Shown: positions 1 through 11,389, numbered from the stretch's first letter. The stretch is DNA of 22,158 nt from a candidate division WOR-3 bacterium (GCA_965649115.1 CBFGJN010000029.1:1-22158); one strand, 5' to 3'. Translations and numbers: made by a program. The notes: generated by a model not told the origin, from the sequence alone.

Positions 1-18
1 CATATTTCACCCCTCCTT
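1..18 (-). promoter_or_regulatory. Shine-Dalgarno and ATG of a gene that runs off the left edge of the window
   Basis: Reverse complement of 1..18 reads AAGGAGGGGTGAAAT-ATG, with the ATG at 3..1. Confidence 0.55.
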
Positions 19-84
19 ACCAATTCCTTGTTATATTCTTGCCAATTTACCTTCCCCATTCCAAAATTTTAAATCCTAAATTCT

Positions 85-126
85 TAACCCCTAAACCCCC
101 CTTGACATTATTTATTGGACAAAGCA
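85..126 (-). mobile_element. MITE-like element end (terminal inverted repeat plus short G-rich remnant)
   Basis: 107..126 reverse-complements to TGCTTTGTCCAATAAATAAT, identical to the left end at 11188..11207. It is followed on the minus strand by a G-run segment resembling the element core. Confidence 0.75.
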
Positions 127-539
127 ACACTAACCTTATCAATCCTTAAACCATCAAAAATATCGGGTTTTCTGCTAATAAATCTCTCCAATCTCCTCAG
201 CGCATCCTTGAGTTCCCTTTCCAAAACTTTAAAATCGTACTTCTGGGTTTTAACCCTTTGGATTAATACATTAAAAGGGGACAACTCAATGCCAACGGAA
301 TTTATATTTAAAACATTGGCTTCCACAAGGGTTGTCCCGGAACCGGAAAACGGGTCTAGTATAGTATCGCCGGGTTTAAAAAACCTTTTTAAAAAAACCT
401 CCACGAGTTGGGGGATAAATTTCCCCAAATATGGATGTAATCTATGGACATGCTTTGTTCTTTGGTGTTCGGGAACATCCAAAAATGTTAAATCATTTCC
501 CAATAACTTTAAGTTTTTCTCTAAATTAATCCTTCCCAT
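108..539 (-). pseudogene. N-terminal fragment of an amino (N4-C/N6-A) DNA methyltransferase, truncated at the repeat end
   Basis: HRLHPYLGKFIPQ and SAM-binding motif I (ILDPFSGSGTT, then GIELSP) are present. No catalytic motif IV (S/D/N-PP-Y/F) is seen. The last residues (ALSNK) and the stop codon come from the repeat TIR. Confidence 0.75.
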
Positions 540-593
540 TTATAATAAACTTTTAAAATTTTAAAGTTTATTACTTTTGCCTCTTAGCACCTT

Positions 594-1232
594 TTATAAA
601 TCATTAATCAAACCAATATAACCATTTCTTGAAAATATAATATGTTCCAAAAGTTCAATTTCCAAATGTTTTAATAGTTGTTTTAATTTTTTTGTAAATT
701 CTAAATCTTCAATACTTGGTTTTAGATTATTAGAAGGATGATTATGAGCTAAAATTAAAAATGAAGCATTATTTAAAATACAAACTTCAACAATATCTCT
801 AAAATGAACATTCACAATATTCTTTCTTCCTTTTGCTAACATTTCAGTTCTTATAAGTCTTTTGTGTCCATCAAGTAAAATTGCTATTAAAACTTCACTA
901 TTTTCATATGTATAAGGAATTAAAATTTTGTAAATATCATCTAAACTTCTAATAACTTCATTATTAAAATTTGAAAACATTCTTCTACCAAGCTCAATTG
1001 CACAAATAATCCTTGAAGCTTTTGCCAATCCAAGACCTTCAACTTGTAATAATGTATCTATACTAACATCTTTTAAATGTTTTAAGCCAAATAAATCAAT
1101 AATTTTTTTTGAAAGTTTAAAAACATTTTCTTTTTTATTACCTGTTCCAATTATAACTGCTAAAAGCTCTTCATCTTTTAGATTTTTTACACCGAACTTC
1201 TTTAATTTTTCTCTTGGCAAAATTTTATTCAT
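594..1232 (-). CDS. radC: RadC/UPF0758 family JAB-domain protein
   Basis: N-terminal PREKL...L.DEELLAVIIGTG, HhH-like GLGLAKA, and JAB motif AHNHPS...PS.ED. Start overlaps the pnp stop. Confidence 0.92.
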   Translation of the reverse strand: MNKILPREKLKKFGVKNLKDEELLAVIIGTGNKKENVFKLSKKIIDLFGLKHLKDVSIDTLLQVEGLGLAKASRIICAIELGRRMFSNFNNEVIRSLDDIYKILIPYTYENSEVLIAILLDGHKRLIRTEMLAKGRKNIVNVHFRDIVEVCILNNASFLILAHNHPSNNLKPSIEDLEFTKKLKQLLKHLEIELLEHIIFSRNGYIGLINDL

Positions 1233-3300
1233 CTATTGTATTGTCAATTAACGCTTGTTTCCTTGAAAGTTTTGGTCTTCCAACTTCATCAATATCAATA
1301 ACTTTAACCATTATCTCATCACCAACTTTAAATAAGCTTTTTAAATCCTTAATTGGTTTGTCTTCTACTTCTGAAATGTGAACAAGTCCAATTTTTCCAG
1401 GTAAAATTTCAACAAATAAACCATAATTTTCAATTCTTGTTATTTTTCCTAAATAAATTTTACCAATTTCAATTTCTCCTAAAATTTCATCTATCATTTC
1501 CTTCGCTTTTTTAACATTTTCATAATCAGGTCCAGAAATTAGTGTCTTTCCTGTATCAAAATCAATTTCAATTTTTGTATTTGTAGCGTTTATTATTTTC
1601 CTTATAACCTTGCCACCAGGTCCAATAACATCTCCAATTTTTTCAACTGGTATATTAGTAATAATAATTTTTGGAGCAAATTTTGATACTTCTTTTCTCG
1701 GTTCGCTTATAGTTTTTGACATAATATCAAGAATATAATTTCTTGCTTCTTTTGCTCTCTCAAAAGCTGATTTTATAATTCTCAAATCAAGACCCTTTAT
1801 TTTAATGTCCAATTGAATTGCTGTTATTCCTTTTCTTGTCCCAGCTATTTTAAAATCCATATCTCCAAAATGGTCCTCCATTCCTATAATATCTGTAAGT
1901 AAAACATAATTTTCATAGCTTTCAAGAATTAAACCGATAGAAATTCCAGCAACCATAGAACTGATAGGAACACCAGCATCCATTAAAGCAAGTGTCCCTC
2001 CGCACACTGTTGCCATAGATGTCGAGCCATTAGATTGAGTAATTTCAGAAACGAGTCTTATTGTATATGGAAATTTATCTTCTTCGGGAATAACATAACT
2101 TAAAGCCTTTTCAGCTAATGCTCCATGACCTATTTCTCTTCTACTTGGACCTCTTAAAGCTCTTACCTCATTTGTAGAGAATGGATGAAAATTATAATGA
2201 ACCATAAATCTTTTAAATTCTTCTTCTTCAAGTTCAGATAATATCTGGGCATCTCTTTTTGTTCCGAGTGTTGCTATAACAAGAGCTTGTGTTTCACCTC
2301 TTGTAAATAAAGCTGAACCATGAGTTCTTGGTAAAATTCCAACTTCACAGGATATTGGTCTAATTTCATTTAATTTTCTTCCGTCAACTCTTACATTACT
2401 TCTTAAAACTTCCTCACGCATAATTTTTGAAGATAATCTATTTAATGCTTCACTTATTTCAATTTCACTATTAGGGAATTTTTCCAATAACTTTTGAGTT
2501 ATTTCTTTATATAAATTTTCAAGAGCTAAATTTCTCTCCCCTTTTGAAGGAACATAAATAGCACTTTTTATCTGTTCTCTAAAACTTAAAACTTCATTAT
2601 ATATTTCATCACTTGCTTTTATAATTGTAGGCTCTGATTTTGGCTTTGAAAATTTTTCTAATAATTCTTCTTGATATTCAATTGTTTTTTCAATATAAGG
2701 AATACCAAACTCAATAGCAGATAACAAAGTGCTTTCATCTATTTCTTTTCCACCAAATTCAATCATATGGATATATCCGCCTTTTGTTCCAACTAATAAT
2801 AAATCAAATTCACTTTTTTGAGATATTGTAGGATTAAGAATAAATTGATTTTCAATCATTCCAATTCTTACAGCCCCAACAGGTCCATTAAATGGAATTT
2901 CAGATGAGCACAAAGCAAAACTTGCTCCAATAATGGCAGGAACATAAGGTGGATTTTCATTATCATAAGACAATAATAAGGCTACAATTTCAACATCATC
3001 TATCATACCTTTTGGGAAGTGAGGTCTTATTGACCTATCAATTGCTCTTCCAATTATTATCTCTCTATCTGTTGCTCTTCCCTCTCTCTTTATAAATCCG
3101 GCGGGAATTTTACCCGCAGCATAAGCACCCTCCCTATACTCTACAAGAAGTGGAAGAAAATCCTTTTTTTCTTCTGATTTTTTCCAAATAGCACTTACTA
3201 AAACAACAGTATCTCCATAACTTGATATAACTGTTGAACTCGCTAAGTTTCCAATTTTTCCAAATTCAATTTTAAGTATTCTTCCTCCTATTTCTATCAT
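1225..3300 (-). CDS. pnp: Polyribonucleotide nucleotidyltransferase (PNPase)
   Basis: [11 protein letters not shown]...[49 protein letters not shown] domain (IGPGGK) and C-terminal S1 domain. Conserved position after rpsO. Confidence 0.98.
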   Translation of the reverse strand: MIEIGGRILKIEFGKIGNLASSTVISSYGDTVVLVSAIWKKSEEKKDFLPLLVEYREGAYAAGKIPAGFIKREGRATDREIIIGRAIDRSIRPHFPKGMIDDVEIVALLLSYDNENPPYVPAIIGASFALCSSEIPFNGPVGAVRIGMIENQFILNPTISQKSEFDLLLVGTKGGYIHMIEFGGKEIDESTLLSAIEFGIPYIEKTIEYQEELLEKFSKPKSEPTIIKASDEIYNEVLSFREQIKSAIYVPSKGERNLALENLYKEITQKLLEKFPNSEIEISEALNRLSSKIMREEVLRSNVRVDGRKLNEIRPISCEVGILPRTHGSALFTRGETQALVIATLGTKRDAQILSELEEEEFKRFMVHYNFHPFSTNEVRALRGPSRREIGHGALAEKALSYVIPEEDKFPYTIRLVSEITQSNGSTSMATVCGGTLALMDAGVPISSMVAGISIGLILESYENYVLLTDIIGMEDHFGDMDFKIAGTRKGITAIQLDIKIKGLDLRIIKSAFERAKEARNYILDIMSKTISEPRKEVSKFAPKIIITNIPVEKIGDVIGPGGKVIRKIINATNTKIEIDFDTGKTLISGPDYENVKKAKEMIDEILGEIEIGKIYLGKITRIENYGLFVEILPGKIGLVHISEVEDKPIKDLKSLFKVGDEIMVKVIDIDEVGRPKLSRKQALIDNTIDE

Positions 3301-3569
3301 ATGCCTCTTATTCCAAGTTTATCAATAATTTCATAGTACTTTTGAGGCTTTTCTCTTTTAAGGTATTTAAGAAGCTTTTTTCTTTTACTTACAAGTTTTT
3401 GAAGACCATATCTTGAATGAATATCCTTTCTATGAACTTTTAAATGTTCAGTTAGATAGTTTATTCTTTCTGTTAATAAAGCAATCTGAACTTCAATAGA
3501 ACCAGTATCATTCTCAGATATTTTAAACTTTTCAATAATTTCTCTCTTTTTATCCTTAGTCAAGGACAT
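3297..3569 (-). CDS. rpsO: 30S ribosomal protein S15 (start corrected to ATG 3569, 90 aa)
   Basis: [36 protein letters not shown]. The 56 extra N-terminal codons in the ORF track run through the repeat element. Confidence 0.97.
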   Translation of the reverse strand: MSLTKDKKREIIEKFKISENDTGSIEVQIALLTERINYLTEHLKVHRKDIHSRYGLQKLVSKRKKLLKYLKREKPQKYYEIIDKLGIRGI

Positions 3570-3608
3570 ATTGAAAATTTTAAAGGACAAAAAAGAAATT
3601 ATAGATTT

Positions 3609-3717
3609 AAAGCCCCCCAAGGCATAAAAACGGGTATTTATAAGCCAAAGGCTTGATTTTAGGGTAGGTGGGAAAAATATAGGAATGAATATAATTCCAG
3701 AATTATTAGAAACAGCA
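3609..3717 (+). mobile_element. Partial MITE-like copy (core plus degenerate right TIR) in the divergent rpsO/glyS spacer
   Basis: AAAGCCCCCCAAGGCATAAAAACGGGTATTTATAAGCCAAAGGCTT...AGGGTAGGTGGGAAAA aligns with 11284..11350. It ends AATTATTAGAAACAGCA. Confidence 0.8.
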
Positions 3718-3756
3718 TTATTAAAAGTTCTTTTCACTTTAAAATTTTAAATCCTA

Positions 3757-5772
3757 ATGAGAAATTTTTTATTAGAAATTGGGACAGAGGAAATGCCTCC
3801 TTTTGAAATAGAAGGAATAACCAATCAATTTTCAGAAAAACTTTTAAAATTATTAAAAGATGAAGGTTTTCAATTTGAAAATTATAAGCTATTTTCAACA
3901 CCAAGAAGATTTGCAATTATTATTTATCATTTATCTGAAAAAGGACAAGACAAATTTGTAGAAAAAATTGGACCACCTTATGATTTGGCTTTTAAGGAAG
4001 GAAAACCTACACCAAGTTTAATTGGTTTTGCTAAATCTATAAATGTTTCAATTGATGAATTATATAAAGTTGAAAAGAATGGTAAATTTTACATAGCAGG
4101 AAAACAATTAGTAAAAGGAAAAACATTAAAAGAATTAATTTCTGAAAAATTTGAGGATATAATAAGAAGCATTAATGTTAAGAAAAGTATGTTTTGGCTT
4201 GAAGGAGTGAATTTTAAATTTATAAGGCCAATTAGATGGATTTTATGCATTTATGGAAAGGAAGTAATTGAATTTAATTTTTTAAATATAAAAAGCTCAA
4301 ATTGGACTTATGGTCATAGAATTTTATCAAATAAAAAAATTCAAATAAATAGTGCTGATGAATATGAAAAAGTTTTAGAAGAAAATTTCGTTATTGTAGA
4401 TGCTAAAAAAAGATATGATAAAATTATTAGTGAAATTAAAAAAGTAAATTATTCTGCATATTTTGATGAAAATTTATATAAGGAAATAAATGGACTTGTG
4501 GAATATCCTTTTTTAGCATTATGTGAATTTGATGAAAGTTATTTAAAACTTCCTGATAAAATCATAATTACTGCTATGAAATCTCATCAAAGATATATTG
4601 CACTTTTTGAGAATGGGAAAATTACAAATAAATTTATTGCTATTGTTAATAATTTTGTAAATGATGAGATGAAAAAAAATTTATCAAAGGTCTTAAAAGC
4701 AAGACTTGAAGATGCTAAATTCTACTTTGAAAATGACCTAAAAAAACCACTAATATCTTATCTTGAAGATTTAAAAGAAATTCAATTTTTGGAAGGATTG
4801 GGAAGTGTTTATGAAAAAGTTCAAAGAGTTTCAAAATTAAGCAATTACTTTATTATTCAAATGAATTTAAATGAAAATAAACTGAAAAGAGCAATTATGT
4901 TATATAAAAATGATTTAGCAACAAGTATCCTCAGAGAAGGTAAAGAATTTGTTGAACTTGAAGGATATATATCAAGTATTTATGCAAAATTAAGTGGAGA
5001 AGATGAAGAAGTAGTTCAAATTATATATGATAGTACATTATTAGAACCTCCAAAAACCAAAGAAGGTCCAATTCTTTCAATTATTGATAGAATTGATACA
5101 ATAGCATCAATTTTATCTACGGGATATAAAATAAAAGGGAATTATGACCCACTTGGACTAAAAAAAACAACTTATGAATTGTTTGAAATTGTTATCAATT
5201 TTCAAATAGACTTTGATTTCATTAAAGTTTTTGAAATTCTGTCAGATGAATTAAAATTCAACTTAGAAGATGTTAAGGATTTTATTTATTCAAGACTTGA
5301 AAATTATTTTATTGAAAAATTAAATTATGATTACGATATTGTTTCATCTATAATTAGTGTAAAACCAAATAATATATATGAAATTTTTAGAAGAATAGAA
5401 TTTTTGAAACATTATAGAGAAAAAAAGCCAAAAGAACTTTCTGAAATAACTACTGCATATAAAAGACTTCATAACATTATTAAGGACAAAAAATTATTAA
5501 TTGATATTAAAAGTGAGTTATTTGAAAGTGAGTATGAAACGAAGCTATTTGATATTCTAAAAGAAAGCGATTTTATTGAAAATTCATTAAGAAACAGAAG
5601 TTATAATGAAATTTTTGAGTTCTTTCTAAAAGCTAAAAGTTATATTGATAATTTCTTTGATAATGTTTTTGTAATGGTTGATAATGAAAAAATAAGAAAT
5701 AATAGATTAGCACTAATTAGCTCAATTAAGAATATATTTGATTATTTTGCAGACTTTTCAAAAATTGTTTAG
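3757..5772 (+). CDS. glyS: Glycine-tRNA ligase beta subunit
   Basis: FLLEIGTEEMPP, STPRR, FIRPIRWI, GLVEYP, HQRY, ARLEDAKFYF and C-terminal DALR-like FFDNVFVM...IRNNRLAL. Confidence 0.96.
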   Translation: MRNFLLEIGTEEMPPFEIEGITNQFSEKLLKLLKDEGFQFENYKLFSTPRRFAIIIYHLSEKGQDKFVEKIGPPYDLAFKEGKPTPSLIGFAKSINVSIDELYKVEKNGKFYIAGKQLVKGKTLKELISEKFEDIIRSINVKKSMFWLEGVNFKFIRPIRWILCIYGKEVIEFNFLNIKSSNWTYGHRILSNKKIQINSADEYEKVLEENFVIVDAKKRYDKIISEIKKVNYSAYFDENLYKEINGLVEYPFLALCEFDESYLKLPDKIIITAMKSHQRYIALFENGKITNKFIAIVNNFVNDEMKKNLSKVLKARLEDAKFYFENDLKKPLISYLEDLKEIQFLEGLGSVYEKVQRVSKLSNYFIIQMNLNENKLKRAIMLYKNDLATSILREGKEFVELEGYISSIYAKLSGEDEEVVQIIYDSTLLEPPKTKEGPILSIIDRIDTIASILSTGYKIKGNYDPLGLKKTTYELFEIVINFQIDFDFIKVFEILSDELKFNLEDVKDFIYSRLENYFIEKLNYDYDIVSSIISVKPNNIYEIFRRIEFLKHYREKKPKELSEITTAYKRLHNIIKDKKLLIDIKSELFESEYETKLFDILKESDFIENSLRNRSYNEIFEFFLKAKSYIDNFFDNVFVMVDNEKIRNNRLALISSIKNIFDYFADFSKIV

Positions 5773-5773
5773 A

Positions 5774-6977
5774 ATGGTAAATAGCTTTTTTATAACTTTT
5801 CTTATCTGCTTATTTGTATATACAATTAACTTTTTATTTCGTTTTATATTATTTAAATTTGCTATTGTTTATAATGATTCGCTTGGTGGCTCAAATATGG
5901 ATGCATTATTTTGGACATATAAAGATATAGAGTTTTTAAATGAACATTTAATCGGTTTTTCACCAAATAGAATTAACACCAATGTGGAATTTAATAGTAA
6001 TGATTTTTGATATGAATTTTAGAGCTTATTGGATAATGAATTTTTTTGTGGGAATTTTAGATATAATTTTTATGTACTTGATTGTAAAAGAATTTAATTT
6101 TTCAAATTGGACAAAAAGTATTATTCTTCTTTCAAGTATTATTTCACCATATATGTTATTTTCAAGTCTTAAAATCCGCCCCGATAACTTAGCATTTTTA
6201 TTTGCTTTAATTTCCCTTTATTTATCCTTGAAAAATAAACCCATTTTAAGTGCTATAACTTTTTCATTTTCAATCTTTGGATTTAAAGTTCAATTTTTAA
6301 CTTGGTTTTTTGTTATTTTATTCTTTAATAGAAAACACTTGATAAAATTTTTAATTACATTTCTTATATTTGGCTTTATTTACTATCTCTTCTTTTTTGA
6401 TTATGAAAAATTTATATTTTTCGGAAAGTTTGGGACTAATGTATCAAATGCTTTTGAATTTTATAAAAATATAACTTATCAAACACCATTTTCACTCCTT
6501 GGTTTTTTCTCACAAATCGGACTATTATATATCCTTGGAATTTTGATGCCAATTCTTTATAATTTTTCAATTTTTCCACCATTTCCTCTAAGAAGTTTAT
6601 ATTCAAACTTTCTCTTAAATTTAGGTGCTGGATTTTTCTTAGAAAAAAATAAATTTTTTAGAAAAATTGGAATTTCATTTTTGATTATTCAATTTGTAAT
6701 TTTGATTTATAAATTTGTTTTGGATATTTGGGGATTAAAAATTGAAAATAATTTGTATAAAACGATTTATAATCTAAAATATGTGTGTTCTCGTGAATTT
6801 CCTGCTGAAATATATGTTTATCATAAAAAAGTTGAAAATTGTAAATTTTTTTTAATTTCAAGAGGTGCTTTACATAATAGCGATATACTAGATTTAGAAA
6901 AATATAAAATTATTTATCAAGTTCCAAAAGGTTTTTCAATAAAGGAATTTTTAAAGTCAATATATAAAAAATATTGA
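5774..6977 (+). pseudogene. Polytopic membrane protein, possibly GT-C (ArnT/PMT-like) glycosyltransferase, split by an apparent frameshift near 5950-5980
   Basis: Two overlapping hydrophobic ORFs (ATG 5774..6010 and 5982..6977). The second frame is open from 5952. There is an Asp-containing loop after the first TM and an SP...IRPD-TM pattern. The family call is tentative. Confidence 0.5.
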
Positions 6978-6983
6978 TTTAAA

Positions 6984-7096
6984 GGGCAAAGCCCCCCAAA
7001 GCCTAAAAATGGGCATTTTAAAGGCGAAGCCTTATTCATAGGGTGGTTGGGAAAAAATAAGAAATAATCTATATTTCCGAATTACTAGACAAAGCA
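6984..7096 (+). mobile_element. Partial MITE-like copy (core plus right TIR)
   Basis: GGGCAAAGCCCCCCAAAGCCTAAAAATGGGCATTT is identical to 11280..11314. It ends AATTACTAGACAAAGCA. Confidence 0.85.
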
Positions 7097-7135
7097 CTTA
7101 CAATTTCTCACTAAACTTTAAAATTTTAAAACCTT

Positions 7136-9181
7136 ATGAATGAAAATTATGATATTAGTAAAATTAGAAATATAGGTTTTGCTGCACATATTGATGCAGG
7201 AAAAACTACCACAACCGAAAGAGTTCTATTTTACACAGGAAGAATTCATAAAATTGGTGAAGTGGATGAGGGAACAGCAACAACAGACTGGATGATTCAA
7301 GAAAAGGAAAGAGGTATAACGATAACCTCAGCAGCAGTTACTACATATTGGAAAGGTTATAGAATAAATATCATAGATACACCTGGACATGTTGATTTTA
7401 CAATAGAAGTTGAAAGAAGTTTAAGAGTTCTTGATGGATTAATTGTTATATTTTCAGCAGTTGAAGGTGTAGAACCTCAAAGTGAAACTGTTTGGCATCA
7501 AGCTGATAAATATAAAGTTCCAAGAATAGCATTTATAAATAAACTTGATAGAATAGGAGCTAATCCATTTAGAGTAATTGAACAAATGAAAAGTAGATTA
7601 ACGATAAAACCAATTCTAATTCAATATCCAATTGGAATTGAAAATGATTTTGTAGGTGTTATTGATTTAATTGAGAAAAAGGCATATATTTGGGATATTG
7701 ATGAAATCGGACAAAATTATAGAATTGAAGATATAGAATTTAATGAAGAACAAATAAAATTTTATGAAGACATTATATTCAATTTATCTGAGATTGATGA
7801 AAAAATTATTGAAGAATATGAAAAAAATTCATTTGTAAATCCTCAAATTATAAAAAATGCTTTAAGAAAAGCTGTTTTAGAACTAAAATTAGTTCCCGTT
7901 CTTATGGGTGCTGCATTTAGAAATAAAGGAATTCAACCTTTACTTGATGCCATAATTGATTATTTGCCCTCTCCAATTGACCTTCCTCCAATTGAAGGAA
8001 TAGATCCAATAACAAACGAAAAAATTATTAGGTATCCATCTGAAAATGAACCTTTCTGTGGTCTTGTCTTTAAAGTTCAAGTAGACCCTGAAAGCCTTCA
8101 AGAATTATTCTATACAAGAGTTTATTCAGGTGTTATTAAAGTTAATCAAAAAATTTTAAATGTAAATACAAATCAAGAACAAAGAGCGACAAGAATTTAC
8201 TTAATGCATTCAAATAGGAAAAATGCTGTAAATTTTGCAAGAGCAGGTGAAATAATAGCAATTGTAGGTCTTAAAAATACATTAACAGGACATACATTAT
8301 CTGATATTCAAAAACCAATTAAACTTGAAGGTCTTGAATATCCTCAGCCAGTCGTTTCTATTGCAATTGAGCCAAAATCAAGTAAGGATTTAGAAAGGCT
8401 TGAAGAAATTTTAAAATTTTTATTAGATGAAGACCCAAGTTTAAGACTAAAAAAGGATAGTGAAACAGGACAAATGGTCCTATCAGGAATGGGAGAATTA
8501 CATCTTGAAATTATTATTGATAGAATAAATAGAAATTTTGGAATTCCTGTGAGAGCAGGAAAACCGCAAGTTACTTATAGAGAAACAGTCTTGAATGAGG
8601 TTGAAATTATTAGTGAAGAAGAAAAGGAAATTGGTGGTAATAAACATTTTGGAAAAGTAAAAATAAGAATTATTCCAAGAGAAAGAGGCAGTGGAAATAA
8701 TTATAAAATTTTAGTTAATTTAAATGATGAATTTATCAAAGCTATTGAAAGTGGTATAAATGAAGCATTAGGATATGGTCCAATAGCAGGATATCCTGTT
8801 GTAGATGTTGAAATTATTATAGAAGATGTTTTCTTAAATCAATGGACAACACCACTTGGATTAAGATTAGCTGTTTTGAAAGGTATTAAAGAAGGATTTA
8901 GAAAAGCTAACGGTATATTATTAGAACCTGTTGTTGAAGTTGAAATTATAACACCTTCTGAATTTGTAGGAAATATAACTTCTGATTTATCAAGTAGAGG
9001 AGCACATTTAAAATCTATTGAACAATATAGTGAATTTTTACAAAAAGTTATAGCAATTATTCCACTTAGAAAAATTTTTGGTTATGCTACACAATTAAGA
9101 TCAATAACCCAAGGAAGAGCAAGTTTTTGGATGAAAATTTCTCATTTTGAGCCTGTTGAAGAAGGAGTTATTATTTTATGA
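7136..9181 (+). CDS. fusA: Elongation factor G family GTPase, probably a second divergent paralogue (EF-G2-like)
   Basis: [51 protein letters not shown]. Not adjacent to rpsL/rpsG/tuf, and the domain IV tip loops are diverged. Confidence 0.9.
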   Translation: MNENYDISKIRNIGFAAHIDAGKTTTTERVLFYTGRIHKIGEVDEGTATTDWMIQEKERGITITSAAVTTYWKGYRINIIDTPGHVDFTIEVERSLRVLDGLIVIFSAVEGVEPQSETVWHQADKYKVPRIAFINKLDRIGANPFRVIEQMKSRLTIKPILIQYPIGIENDFVGVIDLIEKKAYIWDIDEIGQNYRIEDIEFNEEQIKFYEDIIFNLSEIDEKIIEEYEKNSFVNPQIIKNALRKAVLELKLVPVLMGAAFRNKGIQPLLDAIIDYLPSPIDLPPIEGIDPITNEKIIRYPSENEPFCGLVFKVQVDPESLQELFYTRVYSGVIKVNQKILNVNTNQEQRATRIYLMHSNRKNAVNFARAGEIIAIVGLKNTLTGHTLSDIQKPIKLEGLEYPQPVVSIAIEPKSSKDLERLEEILKFLLDEDPSLRLKKDSETGQMVLSGMGELHLEIIIDRINRNFGIPVRAGKPQVTYRETVLNEVEIISEEEKEIGGNKHFGKVKIRIIPRERGSGNNYKILVNLNDEFIKAIESGINEALGYGPIAGYPVVDVEIIIEDVFLNQWTTPLGLRLAVLKGIKEGFRKANGILLEPVVEVEIITPSEFVGNITSDLSSRGAHLKSIEQYSEFLQKVIAIIPLRKIFGYATQLRSITQGRASFWMKISHFEPVEEGVIIL

Positions 9182-9549
9182 AAATTGATCATATTGCTAT
9201 TGCAGTTGAAAATTTTGAGAATGCAATAGAATTTTATAAAGAATTATTACAAGTTGAACCAATTATTGAAAAAGATGAAAAGAGGGGAATAATTGTTGGA
9301 ATTTTTAAACTTGAAAACATTAAAATTGAAATTATTTCACCAATAAATGAAAATTCTGAAATTAGTAATTTTATAAGAAAGAGAGGAGGAGGAATTCATC
9401 ACTTTGCACTAAAAGTTAAGAATATTGAAAAATATAAGGAAAAATTTAAATGTATAACTGACATTCAACAAGGAATAACTGCCAAAAAAGTTCTATTTTT
9501 AGACCCAAAAGAGTACTTCAAAACATTAATTGAACTTGTAGAAGAATGA
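9178..9549 (+). CDS. VOC family protein, methylmalonyl-CoA epimerase-like
   Basis: [35 protein letters not shown]...LIELVE. Confidence 0.8.
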   Translation: MKIDHIAIAVENFENAIEFYKELLQVEPIIEKDEKRGIIVGIFKLENIKIEIISPINENSEISNFIRKRGGGIHHFALKVKNIEKYKEKFKCITDIQQGITAKKVLFLDPKEYFKTLIELVEE

Positions 9550-10973
9550 ATTTTTCATATCCATTTTTCTTATATCTTTTACCACTTACAATCATTCCAA
9601 TTATTATCCACTTAATTTTCAACATTATAAGAAGACAAAAACCTTTTCCAAACATATTTATCCTAAAAATAATAAAAGAAGAAGAAAAGGGATTTAAGAA
9701 AATCTCTGACCTAATTTTAATAATTTTAAGAATTCTTATAATTTTGATAATTATCTTACTACTTTCAAAACCATATATTAGCATTGAAAAAATCCCCTCG
9801 TTAATGGTTATAGATGTTTCTGCAAGCACAAAACCATTTAAAGAAAAAATTGAAAAAATTTCAAATGAATATCCAAATATCAAAAAATTATATATTTCTG
9901 ATAAAATTTATGAAAAGATGCCAAATCAGATGCTATCTACACTAAATTTTGAAATTCTCAAAAAAATAAATTTAGAAAACTCAATTGTTATTAGTGATTT
10001 TCAAAAAAGTAATTTTTTATCTCTTGGAAATTATAGAAAATATAAAATAGGTGAAATTTCAAAAAATAGAGCAATTCTTGATGTTAAACAAATTTCAGAT
10101 ACTTTAATAGTCAAAACAAAACTAAATGGAACTCTTGAAATTTACGAAAATGAAAAACTTATTTACATAAAACCAATTTTTGATACCATTACAAAAATTA
10201 CGAATTTGAATGTTAAAACGGGATTTTTAAAATTAAAACTACTACCTTTGGATAGTTTAGATTATGATAATTATTATTATGCATTTTTTGAACCATCAAA
10301 GACCATAAAGTTTAGGATTTTTTCAGATAAAACAACTTATAAAATACTTTCATCATTTTTAAATTCTATTTTCAATTCAGAGGAAGGAGATGATTTTATA
10401 TTCATTGATCAAAAGAATTTTCCTATTAGAAGTGTTTTAAATAAAAATTCAAAAGTAATTGTATTTTTTGATAATTTTGATGTCCCATTTGAAATAAAGA
10501 GAAATTACATTCTTAATGGTGTTGTTATTGATAGTGTAATGCTTTATTTTTCAAAGGATATTATTTATAGAAAAGAAAATTTAATTTTAATTGGAATTGA
10601 TGTTAAGGAATTGTTATTGAATCCAAAACTTGCTATTTGGTTTGAAAATTTTTTAAATAACTTAATTGGAAACTATAAGGTTTATTATTCAAGTCCTAAT
10701 GAAAGAATTAATTTCGATAAAATTATTAGAATTAGAACACCTGATGGAACAATTTTTCAAACTAATAGTATTTTAATAAACGATGTTGGATTTTATTTTT
10801 CAGATGAAGACAAAATTGTAATTTGTTCAAATGTTGATAGGAAAGAAAGCTTAAATGACTATTATGAAATCCAAAATAACAAACTTCCCAAAGTAAAAGA
10901 TATTAGTAGTTTATTAGCAATTTTACTCATTATTGTTATTTTAATTGAAATTATCTATTCAAGAAGAAGTTAA
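9546..10973 (+). CDS. BatA N-terminal domain / vWA-like membrane protein
   Basis: N-terminal F.YP.FL...IPIIIHL...PFP..F BatA pattern, DxSxS motif (VIDVSAS), VISDFQ and a C-terminal TM ending IEIIYSRR. Confidence 0.8.
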   Translation: MNFSYPFFLYLLPLTIIPIIIHLIFNIIRRQKPFPNIFILKIIKEEEKGFKKISDLILIILRILIILIIILLLSKPYISIEKIPSLMVIDVSASTKPFKEKIEKISNEYPNIKKLYISDKIYEKMPNQMLSTLNFEILKKINLENSIVISDFQKSNFLSLGNYRKYKIGEISKNRAILDVKQISDTLIVKTKLNGTLEIYENEKLIYIKPIFDTITKITNLNVKTGFLKLKLLPLDSLDYDNYYYAFFEPSKTIKFRIFSDKTTYKILSSFLNSIFNSEEGDDFIFIDQKNFPIRSVLNKNSKVIVFFDNFDVPFEIKRNYILNGVVIDSVMLYFSKDIIYRKENLILIGIDVKELLLNPKLAIWFENFLNNLIGNYKVYYSSPNERINFDKIIRIRTPDGTIFQTNSILINDVGFYFSDEDKIVICSNVDRKESLNDYYEIQNNKLPKVKDISSLLAILLIIVILIEIIYSRRS

Positions 10974-11004
10974 GTAATAAAAAGGGAAAAAAGCATTAAA
11001 CAAC

Positions 11005-11179
11005 TGCTTTGTCCAATAAATCATATTAAGTTGCTGAAATTCTTGATTTTAAGGGGGGTCTAATGGGGGGCAAAGCCTCCCGAAGCAGAAAATATGGGCA
11101 TTTACAAGCGGAAGGCTTATTATTAGGGTGGATGGAAAATAAAGAAAAATAAACAATTTCATAATTATTGGACACACTA
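11005..11179 (+). mobile_element. MITE-like element with both ends, internally shortened
   Basis: Left TGCTTTGTCCAATAAAT, right ATTATTGGACACACTA (degenerate inverse), with the shared G-run/hairpin core between them. Confidence 0.85.
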
Positions 11180-11187
11180 AAAAAGCT

Positions 11188-11350
11188 TGCTTTGTCCAAT
11201 AAATAATTATAAGTCCTTGATTATCAATAGTTTATAAAAATTTTAAAGAAGTTATTAATTTAATGGGGGGTCTAATGGGGGGCAAAGCCCCCCAAAGCCT
11301 AAAAATGGGCATTTATAAGCCGAAGGCTTATTATTAGGGTGGGTGGGAAA
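11188..11350 (+). mobile_element. MITE-like element, left TIR plus core; right TIR not recognisable
   Basis: TGCTTTGTCCAATAAATAAT...GGGGGGTCTAATGGGGGGCAAAGCCCCCC...TAAGCCGAAGGCTTA...AGGGTGGGTGGGAAA. In tandem with the previous copy. Confidence 0.85.
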
Positions 11351-11389
11351 CAACAATAATTTATAAGCTTTTTCCTTTAAAATTTTACT

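Noticed and set aside
115..564. Plus-strand 149-aa ORF
   Set aside because: Antisense shadow of the methyltransferase, with no recognisable motif.
3570..3737. 56-aa N-terminal extension of S15 in the ORF track
   Set aside because: It runs through the repeat element. S15 homology and the TAAAAT motif place the start at 3569.
3734..3916. Minus-strand 60-aa ORF
   Set aside because: Antisense to the glyS 5' end.
9518..9883. Minus-strand 121-aa ORF
   Set aside because: Antisense to the BatA gene.
11005..11350. Tandem repeats as a CRISPR array
   Set aside because: The units are long, degenerate and dispersed in both orientations, with no regular repeat-spacer period and no cas genes.
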